Shown here: one piece after another, positions 1 through 12,412 of the stretch
How the letters are laid out: each line of letters starts with the position of its first letter
How positions within the stretch are numbered: the stretch's first letter is position 1
From: Squalus acanthias
Lineage: Eukaryota
DNA length: 64,000 nucleotides
Assembly (NCBI GenBank): GCA_030390025.1
Contig: CM059431.1
Coordinates: 129,768,001-129,832,000, forward strand
Reading direction: 5' to 3'
The notes under the pieces: model-generated
Told to the model about the DNA's origin: nothing
Databases searched by the model: none
What the model saw: only the letters and a program-made list of their open reading frames with translations
Position numbers and translations under genes: made by a program

Positions 1-433
1 TTCCATTCCTTGTATTGATTTAGCAGAGACTGTGGGGGCTGCACTCTGAGCTCTTTGCCTGGTACTCTCCATTGTTCTTTCCAGCACATTTGATGTGCAA
101 GTCTCTCCAGGCCGAGATTCAAGGCTGCAATGAGTAGGATGTGGATGGAAAGCAAGATTAACCATCCCTTTTAAGAACTGGCCCGTGCCATTGTGTGTGT
201 GTTCCATTGCTGACTGACAGTACATGAGCTTCGCCAGCGCTCTGAGTTAGCGCCTCACTCCTCGGCCTTTGCGCCTTAAGACAGGTGTGCAGCGCCTGAT
301 TTAGCGCTCCAATCACCTCCAGGGGCGTTAAAAGTGAAGTTTCCAGTCAGTGGCGATAATTAGCGCCAGGCGCTAATTTTTGCGCCCGGACGATATTTGC
401 GCCCCAAACGGGGCGCGACTGAATTTTTCCCCC
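1..433. mobile_element. Right part of a non-autonomous Harbinger-type MITE (same family as 29373-30237), inserted in a CR1
   Basis: Colinear with 29810-30237; ends in TIR ctgaatttttccccc; CR1 sequence resumes at 434. Confidence 0.8.
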
Positions 434-1740
434 TGAGTGTCTCCGCTTCCATCACTTCCATCAGCAGCGAGTTCCAGGTCCTCACCACTCGCTGCGTAAA
501 AAGTTTTTCCTCACATCCCCCCTGTATCTCTTGCCCACAACCTTAAATCTGTGTCCCCTAGTCCTTGTACCATTAATTAGTGGGAACAGCCTTTCCCCGT
601 CTATCCTATCCAAACCCGTCATAATCTTGTACACCTCGATCAAATTACCCCTCAACCTCCTTTGCTCTAATGAAAACAAATCCAGCTTCTCCAACCTGTC
701 CTTGTAGCTAAGATCCCCCATCCCTGGAACCATTCTGGTAAATCTCCTCTGCACCCTCTCAAGGGCCTTCACATCCTTCCTAAAGTGTGGTGACCAGAAC
801 TGGATGCAATACTCCAGTTGTGGCCTAACCAGTGCTTTATAAAGGTTCAGCATAACTTCTCTACTTTTGTACTCAATACTTCTATTTATGAAGCCTAAGA
901 TCCCATATGATTTGCTAACCACTCTCTCAATATGTCCTGCCACCTTCAGGGACCTATGCGCATTAACTCCCAGGTCCCTCTGTCCCTGCACATTCTTTAA
1001 AACTGTGCCATTAAATGTATGTTGCTTCTCCCTGTTCCTTCTGCCAAAATGCATCATCTCACACTTCTCTGTATTAAATTCCATCTGCCACTTGTCTGCC
1101 CATTCTACTAGCCTTTCTATGTCCTGTTGCAGTCGATTGGTATCATCATCACTGTTTGCCACACCCCCAAGTGTGGTGTCATCGACAAATTTAGAAATTC
1201 TACTCTGTATTCCAATATCCAGGTCATTTATATATATCAAAAAAAGCAGTGGCCCCAGCACTGACACTTGGGGAACACCACTGTCTACCATCCTCCAGTC
1301 TGAAAAACAGATATTTACCACAACTTGCTGTTTTCTGTCCTTAAGCCAATTCCTTATCCAAGCTGCCACTGACCCACCTATTACATGAGCCTCAATTTTG
1401 TTAACCAGCCTTCTATGTGATACTTTGTCAAACGCCTTCCTAAAATCCATGTAGACAACATCCATTGCATTCCCTTCATCAATCCTCCCTGTTACTTCAT
1501 CAAAAAATTCAATTAGTTTAGTCAAACAGGATCTGACTTTTACAAATCCGTGTTGGCTCTCCTTAATTAGCTTAAACCTATCCAAGTGCCTGTTAACTTT
1601 TTCCTTGATTATTGTTTCTAAAACTTTACCCACCACTGATGTTAAACTGACCGGCCTATAGTTACTAGGATTGTCCGTACACCCTTTCTTGAACAATGAT
1701 GTCACATTTGCCACTTTCCAATCCTCAGGCACTCCCCCAC
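434..1740 (-). mobile_element. CR1 LINE fragment, reverse transcriptase region of ORF2
   Basis: ORF 482-1939 contains PEDWKVANVT, NYRPVSLTSVVGK, YMDFRKAFDKV, GVPQ.SVLGP, KFVDD, RPQLEYC; its first ~65 aa are read-through into unrelated sequence. Confidence 0.95.
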
Positions 1741-2964
1741 ATCTCGGGAAAAATGGAGTGAGCAAGAGCCTTTCCACGAGGCAAGTAATGAGGTGTAATG
1801 TTACTGTATTTTTGTGCTTTTCCCAGCTGTAAATGAATGAACTCGCCAATAGCCACTGAGCTTCCGCTTCCCCTTCACAGGCGAGGTACCCGACCTCCGT
1901 CAATCCCATGCTCCTGCAGTAAAACTCAAAAACTGGCATTTAATTCAATATTAAGGATCTCTCAACAAGAAGTTAATGATTTCAATGAAGTCGACCACCT
2001 CTACCGATCGGGTCCATGTCATGCCTTCAAAGCTGCTCGAGTTAAATGCGCGAGGGGGCGGGATGACGGCGGGTTCCCGAAGCGCTCGCTATTTCCGGGA
2101 TTTTTACTGCTGACCCGTCCCCAAACCCGCACACTCGGCAATGGGAAAATTCCGGCCAAGATTTTCTACAATGATCGCTTCATTGCAGCTGTCAAAACAT
2201 CTTGCTTGTTAAAATGTAGTGGACAAGTGTAAACTATGTAGCAATAAAATATTCACATGGCTGTCATGTGTAACAAAAATGGTCTCTGATAAATACCTGC
2301 ATTTCATCTTTCAAGAGGTTAAAATTTGCATAAACCTAAAACCTTTTGTCAGTGAATATAAAAGGAACTAAAATAATTCTAGAAGTTTACTTAACCAACC
2401 ATGTAAGCATGCACTTTTTTGTGAAACATTTCAATAAATGGTCCTGATTACACTCAGCCAAGATGGTGACATGATATTCTTTCAAATTTGTTTGCATTTA
2501 CCGACATGTTATCATTAGGCAGTTTTCTCAGGCTGGTGGCAAAAATTTATCAAAACAAATCACTAACAATAAGTACTAAGATTTCGCATCGTGCAATTGT
2601 AATTTTTAACTTAAGAACATAAGAAATATGAGCAGGAGTAGGCCATACGGCCCTTCGAGCCTGCTCCACCATTCAATAAAATGATGGCCGATGTTTGACC
2701 ACAACTCCACTTTCCCGCCCGATCCCCATATCCCTTGATTCCCTTAGAGTCCAAATATCTATCGATCTCAGCGTTGAATATACACAACTGAGCATCCACA
2801 GTCCTCTGGGGTAGAGAATTCCAAAGATTCACAACCCTCTGAGTGAAGAAATTTCGCCTCATCTCAGTGCTAAATGGCCGACCCCTTATCCTGAGACTGT
2901 GCCCCCTAGTTCTAAACTCTCCAGCCAAGGGAATCTACCCTGTCAAACCCTCTCAGAATCATAT

Positions 2965-3615
2965 GGGGGCAAAATTGGGTCGCACCCCCTTTGGGGTGCT
3001 AACTTCGCCGGGGTACTACTTTTAGCACCCCGAAAAAGTTAGCGCCCCCGCGCCTGAAATTCACTGGTAGCGCCCCAAGAGGGAGGCGGGGCACTACTGG
3101 AAGCGCTCCCCCTCCCTCTTGGGGCGCTGCAAGTGAATATCGTGGCGCTATGTGCCGCGGTACTGCAGGCCTTCCTCCCCTTATTAAAGGGGAGGGGCCT
3201 AGCACAGCGCGACCCAGGGCCCAGCTGGGTCACCAGGGATCGGAGTGCTGGCGGGGGGGGGGGGGCTGCACAAGAGGCTGGGGACGGCAACAGGGGCAGG
3301 TGCTGGCAGGCGGCCAGCAACAAAAATGGCCGCCCGGCACCTCCCCTTTAGTTTACGCTGCCCTGGCCGCAGGTAGGCCCCCCTGACCCTGTCGGATATA
3401 TCGTCTGGTGGTAAGTCAGTGGGCGCTACTGAAGATCGCGGCCGGGGCGCTGCGCATGGCGATGACGTCATCGCCGGAGGCACAGCGCCGCGGGGCGCTA
3501 ACGGTACCACCACCGCTAACCTCCCCCTGAATTTCGCGGGAGGCGTTCGCAGCACCGCACCCGGGCGCTAGTTGGTTTGCGTCCCGTTAGCGCAAATCAA
3601 CCAAATTTTTCCCCC
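2965..3615. mobile_element. Non-autonomous Harbinger-type MITE, 651 bp
   Basis: TIRs gggggcaaaatt / aatttttccccc; TSD TAT on both sides; many TAGCGCC/GGCGCTA subterminal motifs. Confidence 0.85.
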
Positions 3616-4002
3616 TATATGATTCAATGAGTTCACCCCTCATTCTTCTAAACTCCAGAGAGTATAGGCCCAATCTACTTAATCTCTCTTCATAGGACAA
3701 CCCTCTCATCCAAGGAATCAATCTAGTGAACCTTTGTTTCATCCCCTCTGAGGCAAGTATATACTTCCTTAGGTACAGAGACCAAAACTGTGCACAGTAT
3801 GCTAAGTGTGGTCTCACCAAAGCCCTGTACAATTGAGCAAGACATCCTGTACTCCAACCCCTTGCAATAAAGGCCAACATATAATTTGCCTTCCTAATTG
3901 CTTGCTGTACCTGCCTGTTCACTTTCTGTGTCTCGTGTACAAGGACACCCAAATCCCTCTGAACACCAACATTTAATCGTTTCTCACCATTTAAAAAATA
4001 TT

Positions 4003-4745
4003 GGCCCAGAAATTGATCTCGCTCTGTTCCCGCGGGGGTAAGGCTTTCCCGCGATCTCTCACCTCGCTTGTGCTTTTTCAGATCCAGCTCGCACGAACTT
4101 GATGTTCTAGAGATCAGCTGGGCAGTGCTTGCGTATCCCAGCGGCGTAGTGAATTCGTGCGAGCTGTGGGATCACGTGACTCAGTTAGAGCCAATGGCAG
4201 CACACCATCTTCCATTCATAAGTTTCACAGCAGGCTGTGAAATCTATGAATCTTACACCCCCCCAAAATAACAGCTAAACCTCAATTAAATTTAAAAAAA
4301 ATACCATCACATTAATAAAATAAGTATAGTTAATTAAATTAACCATTTTAAATAAAAAATTAAATTTTTGAAAAAATTTAAAATCTTTTAAAAAGTTATA
4401 AAAATAAACTTACCTGTCTTTAAAGTCTCTAAAAAAGATATACCTGTTAAAAAAAATTCAAAAAAATACTTAATTCACTACTTACCTTCTTAAAAGTGGG
4501 TCTTACTCCTCCTCTTTACATTTCCAAAATCTTCCATACTTACCTGCGCGTCCAAAGCATGAAGTGCACAGCGTGCGCACAGCCTGTAGCGCGCACGCGA
4601 TGCACCGAGGACCCGCCCCCTTTTCAGAAGAGCAATTGCCGGTTTTCAGCGCATGCGCAGGGCATGCAGAAAACCGACAATTGGAGTGGGAATACGCGAG
4701 AGTACGCAGTGCGTACTCTCGCGTCCCGGGATCAATTTTCGGCCC
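4003..4745. mobile_element. Non-autonomous Harbinger-type MITE, AT-rich-core family (copy 1)
   Basis: TIRs ggcccagaaattgatc / gatcaattttcggccc; TSD ATT; homologous to 42591-43355. Confidence 0.88.
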
Positions 4746-4839
4746 ATTCTGTTTTTCTATTCTTCCTACCAAAGTGAATAACCTCACATTTCTACATTTC
4801 CTGTTGCCTATTTTAACATTACTTCTAAGTGCCACCTGA

Positions 4840-6100
4840 GGACCAGGAGCCTGAGATGTCTTCTCATAAATGTCATAAGTCACTTGGGACGGAGGTGGCC
4901 TTTCACTCATGGCCAGTAAGTCCTGAAATGGACCTACAACAGGCTGAGGTGTAGTTATTATTTAATCACAGCATGGTCCTGCCCTCTTCCTTCCACCTGT
5001 GAAGGAATCTAGGTAGATTGTATAGAGATCTCTAACATGCTGCTGTCCTGAGGGAAAGCAGCCTCCTGAATGTGATGCCCAGCTCTCCCACCTGATCTGG
5101 AAACAGGATACTCATACTCAATGATCTGCGGGAGAATAGACCTGATGGAAGTACTCATTTCCCTCAATCCCTGAAAGAAAGTGTATTGATTTTCTTCGAA
5201 GTCCTCCAAGATCCTGCTCTGGATTTTTTGGAGACCCGTAGCTATCGTTCCCTCCATACCATCTCCAAAGGTCTGAAGGCCAGCAGTCAATGCTTCCACT
5301 TGTGATACATTGACTGGCTTGGAGGCCTCATTGTTAAGGGGGATGCAGGGAGATATTCCTGGAGATGCCGTTCTCTCCAGCAAGCACTGCAGGAAAGAAA
5401 ATCCTTCTTACACTGTGCAGCCATGGCACTCACCTGCTTCACATTTTCTGAGAGGCCATGCAGTGCCTTAAAAATGTGTTTGATGTTGAGCATCCACTGT
5501 TTAATGATAGGATTCATTAGATCATTGCCTGCTTGCTGTGCTACCAAGGAATTACATTTCTGAGGCCTCTGCTCAGAAGCTTCATGCTCCACCTCCAAAC
5601 ATTCATCCGCTGACTTTCCTGTAATCAATGACAGTTCCTCATCTGTACTATCTTGGTTGGGCGACTTTTTGCAACTAGTGTCAGATGTTGACGAAGCTGG
5701 TATCTCATCTACAGTTGCTTCTTGTGTCCATCTTGGCTTTCTGGTTCTCAGGATATAAAAGAAACTCAATGATTAGCACAATTCAATTGCAACTGAATGA
5801 TATTGTCACCTCGCTGTTTCAGTCAAATATTTGGTGATGGTCAATTTCCATTATTGCAGCTTTTTATATGCTCATCATGAACCACTTTTGGGCACAAGAC
5901 CTCCAACTTCTCCATCTGCCATAGCTTGGGAAAAGCTACTCCCCAGGAATTCCATGGCCTCCTCCTTTTGTTGGGTTAAATGTTGGATGTCAGGGCTTCC
6001 TCCACTTATAGCCTCCCAGTCTTGAGCATTTTGTGCTAATTTCTCCTGAAAGAAGAGTGCATACATTTGATGTGACAGTATCCATATCATCGTTTTGTCT
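4840..6100 (-). pseudogene. Degenerate Harbinger Myb/SANT-gene remnant (exons 2-3)
   Basis: tttcag|EKLAQNAQDWEAISGGSP resembles the EK.AHN....TGGG exon 2 of the other copies; broken helical ORFs at 5009-5769. Confidence 0.5.
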
Positions 6101-6663
6101 CAAGTGAGTGCGAGCTTTCAAAATAAGGAATGAAATAATGGGAACTGTACTGATACTTGGATGTGGGAGGTGAGCTTTAAAGGGGTAACATGCATGGCAG
6201 GATGAAAAGGTTGTAAAGTGGAGGCACCCACATGAGAGGCATATGCTGCATGAAGCTAAATTTCTAGCCCATAGAGTGAAAGTGTGTAAGAAACTTACAG
6301 AGTATTAGACATTATTAAAGAAAGAGACAATGGGCTAGAAATTCGTTATAGCCAAGAAATGGGCAGTGTTTAGACTAAAGATGGTTAAGTAACGGCAGTT
6401 GAAAATCGTCTAGGCTGCACGCAAAATTCGTCCTCCTAATTAAAATGATTGCAGTCATGATTCTCGTCTGGCGTTACACTGAAAAGATGGACCAACATCG
6501 GGGGCAGTCTAAATGCAAGTAATGATTGCCACAGGCTTTTTTCACTACTTAAAGGGGAGGTTGATTGATGCTGCAGCACCTCATTCTCAGCATTGTTGGG
6601 TGAGCAGCTGCCTCAACAACCATAAGAAGAAGGACAAGGAGAAGGAGCACTTATTTACAAATC

Positions 6664-6910
6664 ATGATGGCAGATTGCCACCCCAGGGAGAGAGCCCAGA
6701 GGTTTTCCGATGAAGCTTTGGAGGCATTGATTTTAGTGGTGGAGAGAAGGCAGGCGGTCCTGTACACGCCAACTGGCAAGGAGGCTCTCGACACAAGTCT
6801 GCCGGACTATGTGGAGGGAGGTGGCACACCACGTCACAGGCAGTACTGTGGTCCCCAGGACCCACACACAGTGCAGGAAGAAGTTTAACAAGCTCACACG
6901 GGTGATCAGG
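6664..6910 (+). pseudogene. Myb/SANT-like DNA-binding gene exon 1 of H1 (frameshifted)
   Basis: RERAQRFSDEALEAL...WREVA...RTHTQCRKKFNKL followed by a gtgagt donor. Confidence 0.8.
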
Positions 6911-7325
6911 GTGAGTGAAGGCTTCAACAAATGCTCCATACCACCATCTGTACCACAAGCTTCACACACTGCTCAATGCACCACACCCCCAACACTCACC
7001 CATCAACAATCTCTACCTAGCAACACTCACACCCACATCTCACACCTTGCACATAATGACAGCTATTCAACTATGGCAGGCACAAAGGTCACTAGTTATT
7101 ATAATTCATGTGATATGTTTATAGATAAATTTATTAATGGTGTTTGGAATATTTTATGGTCTCTCTCATTTCACCTTTGCACCCAGGAGGATGCTGTGAT
7201 ATGGCGTGAGACAGGGATTGTATGATGGGGATGTGGTGAGCTACGGGGATCTGGGGTTTCATTCATGCGAATCGGAGTCTGATGAGCCGGTCATGGACAG
7301 CCTGTCCGGAAGGCCGATTGTCTCG

Positions 7326-8397
7326 CTAACTCTGCCCTCCCTCTTGTTCCTTATCCTCCTCGTCCTCCTCCTTGTCGTCCCCTTCCTCCTCATTCTCCTC
7401 CTCTGCCTCGTCGTCCTCCCGAGGTGGTCCCACAATCCCTGCTGGCAAGGGCTGCACCCTCATGATGGCCAGGTTGTGGAGCAAGCAGCAGACCACCACG
7501 AAATGGGACACCCGCTCTGGCAAGTACTGGAGGGCTCCTCCTGAGCGGTCAAGGCAGCAGAACCGTTGCTTCAATAGGCCGATGGTCTGCTCAGTGATGT
7601 TCCTGGTAACAGCATGGCTCTCATTATATGAGTGTTGGGCATGAGTGTTGGGGTTGCGGAGGGGAGTCATGAGCCAGGTGCAGCGCGGATAGCCCTTGTC
7701 TCCAAGTAGCCACCTGCGAGCTTGACGTGGTGGCTGGAAGAGTGCTGGCACACCAGTCTGACGCAGGATGAAGGCATCGTGGCTGCTGCCAGGATAGTGG
7801 GCATTGACATTGAGGATTCGCTGTGTGTGGTCGTACACCAACTGCACATTAAGTGAGTGGTAGCCTTTGTGGTTACAGAAGACCTCAGCATTGTTATGCG
7901 GTGCCCGCAAAGCCACGTGGGTGCAGTCAGTGGCGCCCTGCACCATTGGGAAGCCCGTTATTCTGGCAAAGCCACACTCACGCTCGTCCTGCTTCTCTCT
8001 GGTGATTGGGAAGCCAATGTAGTACCTTCTCCTACTGTGTCCTCCTCAGTGACCTCCCGGATGCAGTGATAGATGGCAAACTGTGAGATGTTAGCTGTGT
8101 CTCCTGTTGCAGACTGGAAGGATCCACGGGCGAAGAAATTGAGGGCCATGTGACCTTACTGCCACTGGGAGGCTGGAGGTCTGGTTGCAGGAGGTGGCAG
8201 AGTTCTGTGACCAGCTCCTTGGTGAAGTGGAGCCTCCTCAAGTGATGTCAGAAGACCCTAGATGAGTTAGGCCTCCTGTTGAGAGTCCTGATAGCCCTCC
8301 TCCTCCCTTTGTGCACATGTTCCCGTCTTTCTCGCTGCCTCCGCTCCCTCTGCTGTAGATCCTGGAGGGCGAGGTCAACTGCCGGTACAGCCCCCAT
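7326..8397 (-). pseudogene. Harbinger DDE transposase (HARBI1-family) of H1, frameshifted
   Basis: [39 protein letters not shown] motifs and acidic C-terminus. Confidence 0.92.
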
Positions 8398-9557
8398 GAC
8401 TTTTAGCAAGCATTGTAGGTTGAAGCTTTTCAGAAATAATTATGGAGTTTTGTACTTGCAAGAACACTCCCTGATACCAAAGAACCTTGAAATTACTAAA
8501 GAAAACTCTTGCAGTAGCAGGAAGTAGCACAGAGCCACTCAAACTTCACAAACCTGTCAGCTGCGATTGATTGGTGATGATCCCTTTAAATAGCATTGCT
8601 GGAGCCGGCTTCCTGCTGCTGCATGCCACCTGAAGCTGTCGTTGTTCTCTCCAGCCAGTAATTTCATTGGCTGTAATGAAGTTGGGAGATCGGGCGTCAA
8701 GTGAGCATTGCACACTCACTGACGTCACGATCTCTGTAATGGCGAGGTCCTCGGCGATCCACTTCAGCGGCAGCGCTACCGGTAAGACCGATATGGCGTA
8801 CGGTGCTGGAACCAGCATTAGGTGTCGTTAGAGCTCACAATGGCGTTTTAGCACCATCGCATGATGCTAACGCGTGGCACAAACCAAACGAATTTCTCCC
8901 CGTATGAATTATATACATACAGAGAGACAGACAGAATTTTAAGAGAGACATAGAGGAGACAGAATTAAGGAGGGATTTATACAAAGTGAGAGAGAGAGAA
9001 GCCAAATTTTTTATCAGCAACATGCTTTAAAATGTTTGTGTTTTTCCGCTCTCAAGCCACTAACATGGAAGGTTGGCTACTTTAACAGCTGGCCACTCAG
9101 TTGACAAGCATTTCACCAACACTGTTTAAAATTAGTTGGGATTAAATTGTCGGTTAGCAGAGCACCTGCTGATTGTGTGAGCAGCTGTTATAGTAACTAG
9201 CCAATACTTCCTTCATTGTTGGGCAGGTTAAGAGAGGCAGAACACTGGCAGTTTAAAACATACTGCTGACTAAAATTAAAGTTTCACGATATAATGTTAC
9301 TGATGTAAGAAAACTACTAGGCACTTGGTCTAAGCGTTAAACAAAGCTTTAATCAACTGTTTTACAACATGGAGGTCTAGTTGTGTCCTTCACTAGTTCC
9401 GGTTAAGAATGTCCTGCGCAAGCTGGGCCCGTGCCCGAGTATTTATACTCTCCCTGGACCCGCAGGCCACTCAGTATTATTTCATAAGTCATGAATGACA
9501 GATTCATGTCAGTTACTGTCATTATAAAACAGCAACACTACAGGAGATCCACTAGCA

Positions 9558-9587
9558 TATATATATATATATATATATAAATATATA
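9558..9587. repeat. (TA)n microsatellite
   Basis: Direct reading of the sequence. Confidence 0.9.
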
Positions 9588-10160
9588 TGAAGATTGCATC
9601 CAGCATTCATTTTGCCCATCGTACATCAGAATGTAGGAGAGTGGACGAAAGAAATTCTGGCCTAGAAATTCAGTTGTGTAGCGCCCGTTGTTTGGGCGCT
9701 ACGGGTGCTGAAATGAGAACAAAATGGCGTCCGAGCAGTGCACGCACACTTCTGGTGTGGGCCACACTGGACGCCATCTTGGTGAGGGCGGTAGGGTGGT
9801 CATTAGGAGCGTGTACTAGAAGTATGGTAAGTAGGCAGATCGTGACGTCAATCAGCATACAATGCTGATTTGACGCCGGCGATGCCATTTTCGTCGTGAT
9901 TGCTGGAGTTAATGCCCTATCTTAACCTCGCACAGTTGAACAAGCGTTCAGCAGCAGGAAGGACCTCCCCACCCACCAGCGATATTTAAAGGGATCATCA
10001 ACAACTTTCAGGTAACTTGCTTTTTGATTTCTACTGGCTCTGTGTAAGTTTGTGGAACTGTTTGGAGCTTTCTAGAGTTATTTAAAGTTGGTGAGGTGAC
10101 AGGGAGTGGTGCTGCAAGTGAAGAAGGTCTTGCTTCTGGTCAGACCACTTACTCCCAGTC

Positions 10161-11750
10161 ATGGGTGCTCTAGTTGTCATCCCCCTTGGCCAGCAACATG
10201 AAAGGGAGATGGAGCAGAGGCAGCAGAGAAGAGGACAAGCTGCTCGCTGGAGGAGGAGGAGGAGGGGGAGAAGGCCTCTCAGCAGGAGGCCTTACCCACC
10301 TTGCGTCTTCCGAGAGCAATTCTCTTACCTCAGCCTGAGCCAGGAGCAGTGTGTGAGGCGTCTGCAATTTATGAAGGAGGTGCTCACAGAACTCTCACCA
10401 GGGCAAGGACAGCACTGTCAGTGGCTGTGAGGGTGACAGTGGCCCTGAATTTCTTTGCGTTGGGATCCTTCCAGGCTGGAGCAAGCGACATCTGTAATAT
10501 CTCGCCGTTCACTGTCCACTGCTGCATAAGAGAGGTGAGAGAAGCTCTTTATGCCAGGAGAGTGGATTTCATTGCCTTCTCTCTGACCAGACAGAAGCAG
10601 ACGGAGCATGCACATGGCTTTGCCAGGAGAGCGGTCTTCTCCATGGTGCAGGACACCATCGACTGCATGCACGTGGCTTTGCAGGCACCGTATATAAATG
10701 CTGAGATGCACCACAATCGTAAAGGTTACCACTCACTGAATATGTAGTTGGTGTGCGACCATGCCCAGCATATCGTGATGGTGAATGCCCAGTATCCTGG
10801 CAGCAGTCATGATGCTTTTATTCTGCGCCAGTCTGCTGCTACCTCAGTCTTTGAGCCGCCAAGACAAACCAGAGGGTGGCTACTTGACAACAAGTGCTAT
10901 CCCTTGACCACCTGGCTGTGGCTTAGTTGGTAGCACCCTCGCCTCTGAGTCAGAAGGTTGTGGGTTTAAGTCCTACTACAGAGACTTGAGCACAAAAATC
11001 TAGGCTGACACTCCAGTGCAGTACTGAAGGAGTGCTGCATTGTCAGAGGTGCTGCCTTTCAGATGAGACGTTAAACCGAGGCCCTGTCTGCTCTCTCAGG
11101 TGGACGTAAATGATCCCATGGCACTATTTCAAAGACAAGTTCGGGAGTTATCCCTGGTGTTCTGGCCAATATTTATCTGTCAATCAACATCGCTAAAATA
11201 GATTATCTGGTCATTATCACATTGCTGTTTGTGGGAGCTTGCTGTGTGCAAATTGGCTGCTGCGTTTCCTACATTACAACAGTGACTACACTTCAAAAAG
11301 TACTTCATTGGCTGTAAAACACTTTGGGACATCCAATGTTTGTGAAAGGCGCTCTATAAATGCAAGTCTTTCTTTTATGACTCCGTTTCGCAACCCAACC
11401 ACACGTGGGCAGCATGCATACAACACGAGCCATGCTGCCACACAGAACATCATAGAGCAGATCATTGACGTCCTGAAACTACATTTCCACTGCCTGGACC
11501 GCTCTGAAGGAGTCCGACAATACGCACTGGATTGTGTGTCCCGATTTGTCGTGGTCTGCTATATCCTCCACAACCTGGCCAGCATGAGGGCATAGCCCTT
11601 GCCAGCAAGGATACGGCCACCATCTCAGGAGCAGGAGTAGGAGGAGGAGGAAGAGGAGGATGCAGAAGAGGAGGAAGCAGAAGGAAGGAGGCAACCCAGA
11701 CAGCCCCTTTCTGGCCAGGATATCCAGGATTGAATTATCCGCCTGCGGTG
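10161..11750 (+). pseudogene. Harbinger DDE transposase of H2, interrupted by a SINE
   Basis: VTVALNFFALGSFQ, IDCMHVAL, PGSSHDAFIL, IIEQIIDVLK, LHNL in broken frames. Confidence 0.9.
10915..11376 (+). mobile_element. tRNA-derived SINE with Deu-type central domain
   Basis: A/B-box-like head tggcttagttgg..ggtttaagtcc; core gatgagacgttaaaccgagg..gatcccatggcactattt; TCTT tail; second copy at 63532-63990. Confidence 0.85.
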
Positions 11751-12412
11751 CAAGTGAATGCAACCCCAATTCCCCATTCAACATTATTCCCACATCTAAC
11801 CTTTCCTCTGTTACTGACTATCACAGCATCATCTTGGTCACAATGCTGAAATAAAAGCCACCAGAAAGCAAACTTTCCAATCAAACTTTAACCATATATC
11901 CATCAATATTACAACAAAAATTCAATTAATCACCCTTGTGCATTCCCTTAGTGACTGTTTTGCATGTGCCTTTGCCTATTTTAGTGCTCCTACGTAGTGC
12001 TACCCCAGTGACTGCAGCATGGCTGGTGGAAGGCTGCTGACTTTCAGTGGGGGAGACTGGAGAACAGTGGCATAGTGGTAATGTCACTGGGCTAGTAATC
12101 CAGAGGCCTGGACTGATGATCAGAGACATGGGGCTGGATTTTGTTATTGGGGGTGGGTTGGGGGCGGGTCAGGTGGTCAGCGGGTCCCGCCCCCGCCTCC
12201 GATGTGAGGCAGGATAATTTAGCGATTTTGCCCTAATTGGGCACTTGATTTCCAGCGTGTGGGAACCCCTGGCCCAATTAGTCTTTTGGTCCTGAAACTC
12301 GCCTCTGATGACGTCATCTATGCAGTTGCATTTAAGGCCTGCAAGCAGCCTTGGTTCATTTTCTGCCTTACAATCTTTTTACTGAGACTTCTGAGGGATT
12401 AGTGGTGCAAAC

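Larger units (their letters stand above)
2611..4800 (-). mobile_element. 5'-truncated CR1 LINE with 3' tail, split by two MITEs
   Basis: TRGHSL..RRNFFTQRVVNLWNSLP and LYRALVRPHLAYCAQFW peptides; TTCTTATG-type tail at 2611. Confidence 0.9.
6332..8902. mobile_element. Internally deleted PIF/Harbinger transposon H1
   Basis: TIRs gggctagaaattcgtt / aacgaatttctccccg; flanks AAT/TAT; Myb exon 1 on + and transposase on -. Confidence 0.8.

Noticed and set aside
482..1939. 485-aa ORF as an intact host or novel fusion gene
   Set aside because: It is a CR1 RT fragment with chance read-through from adjacent transposon sequence; the catalytic motif is altered (FVDD).
9301..9542. Possible small solo LTR (TG...CA)
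   Set aside because: No TSD and no second copy in the window.
12060..12130. Genuine tRNA-Thr gene
   Set aside because: No complete cloverleaf or T-run terminator; it is the head of a retroelement.
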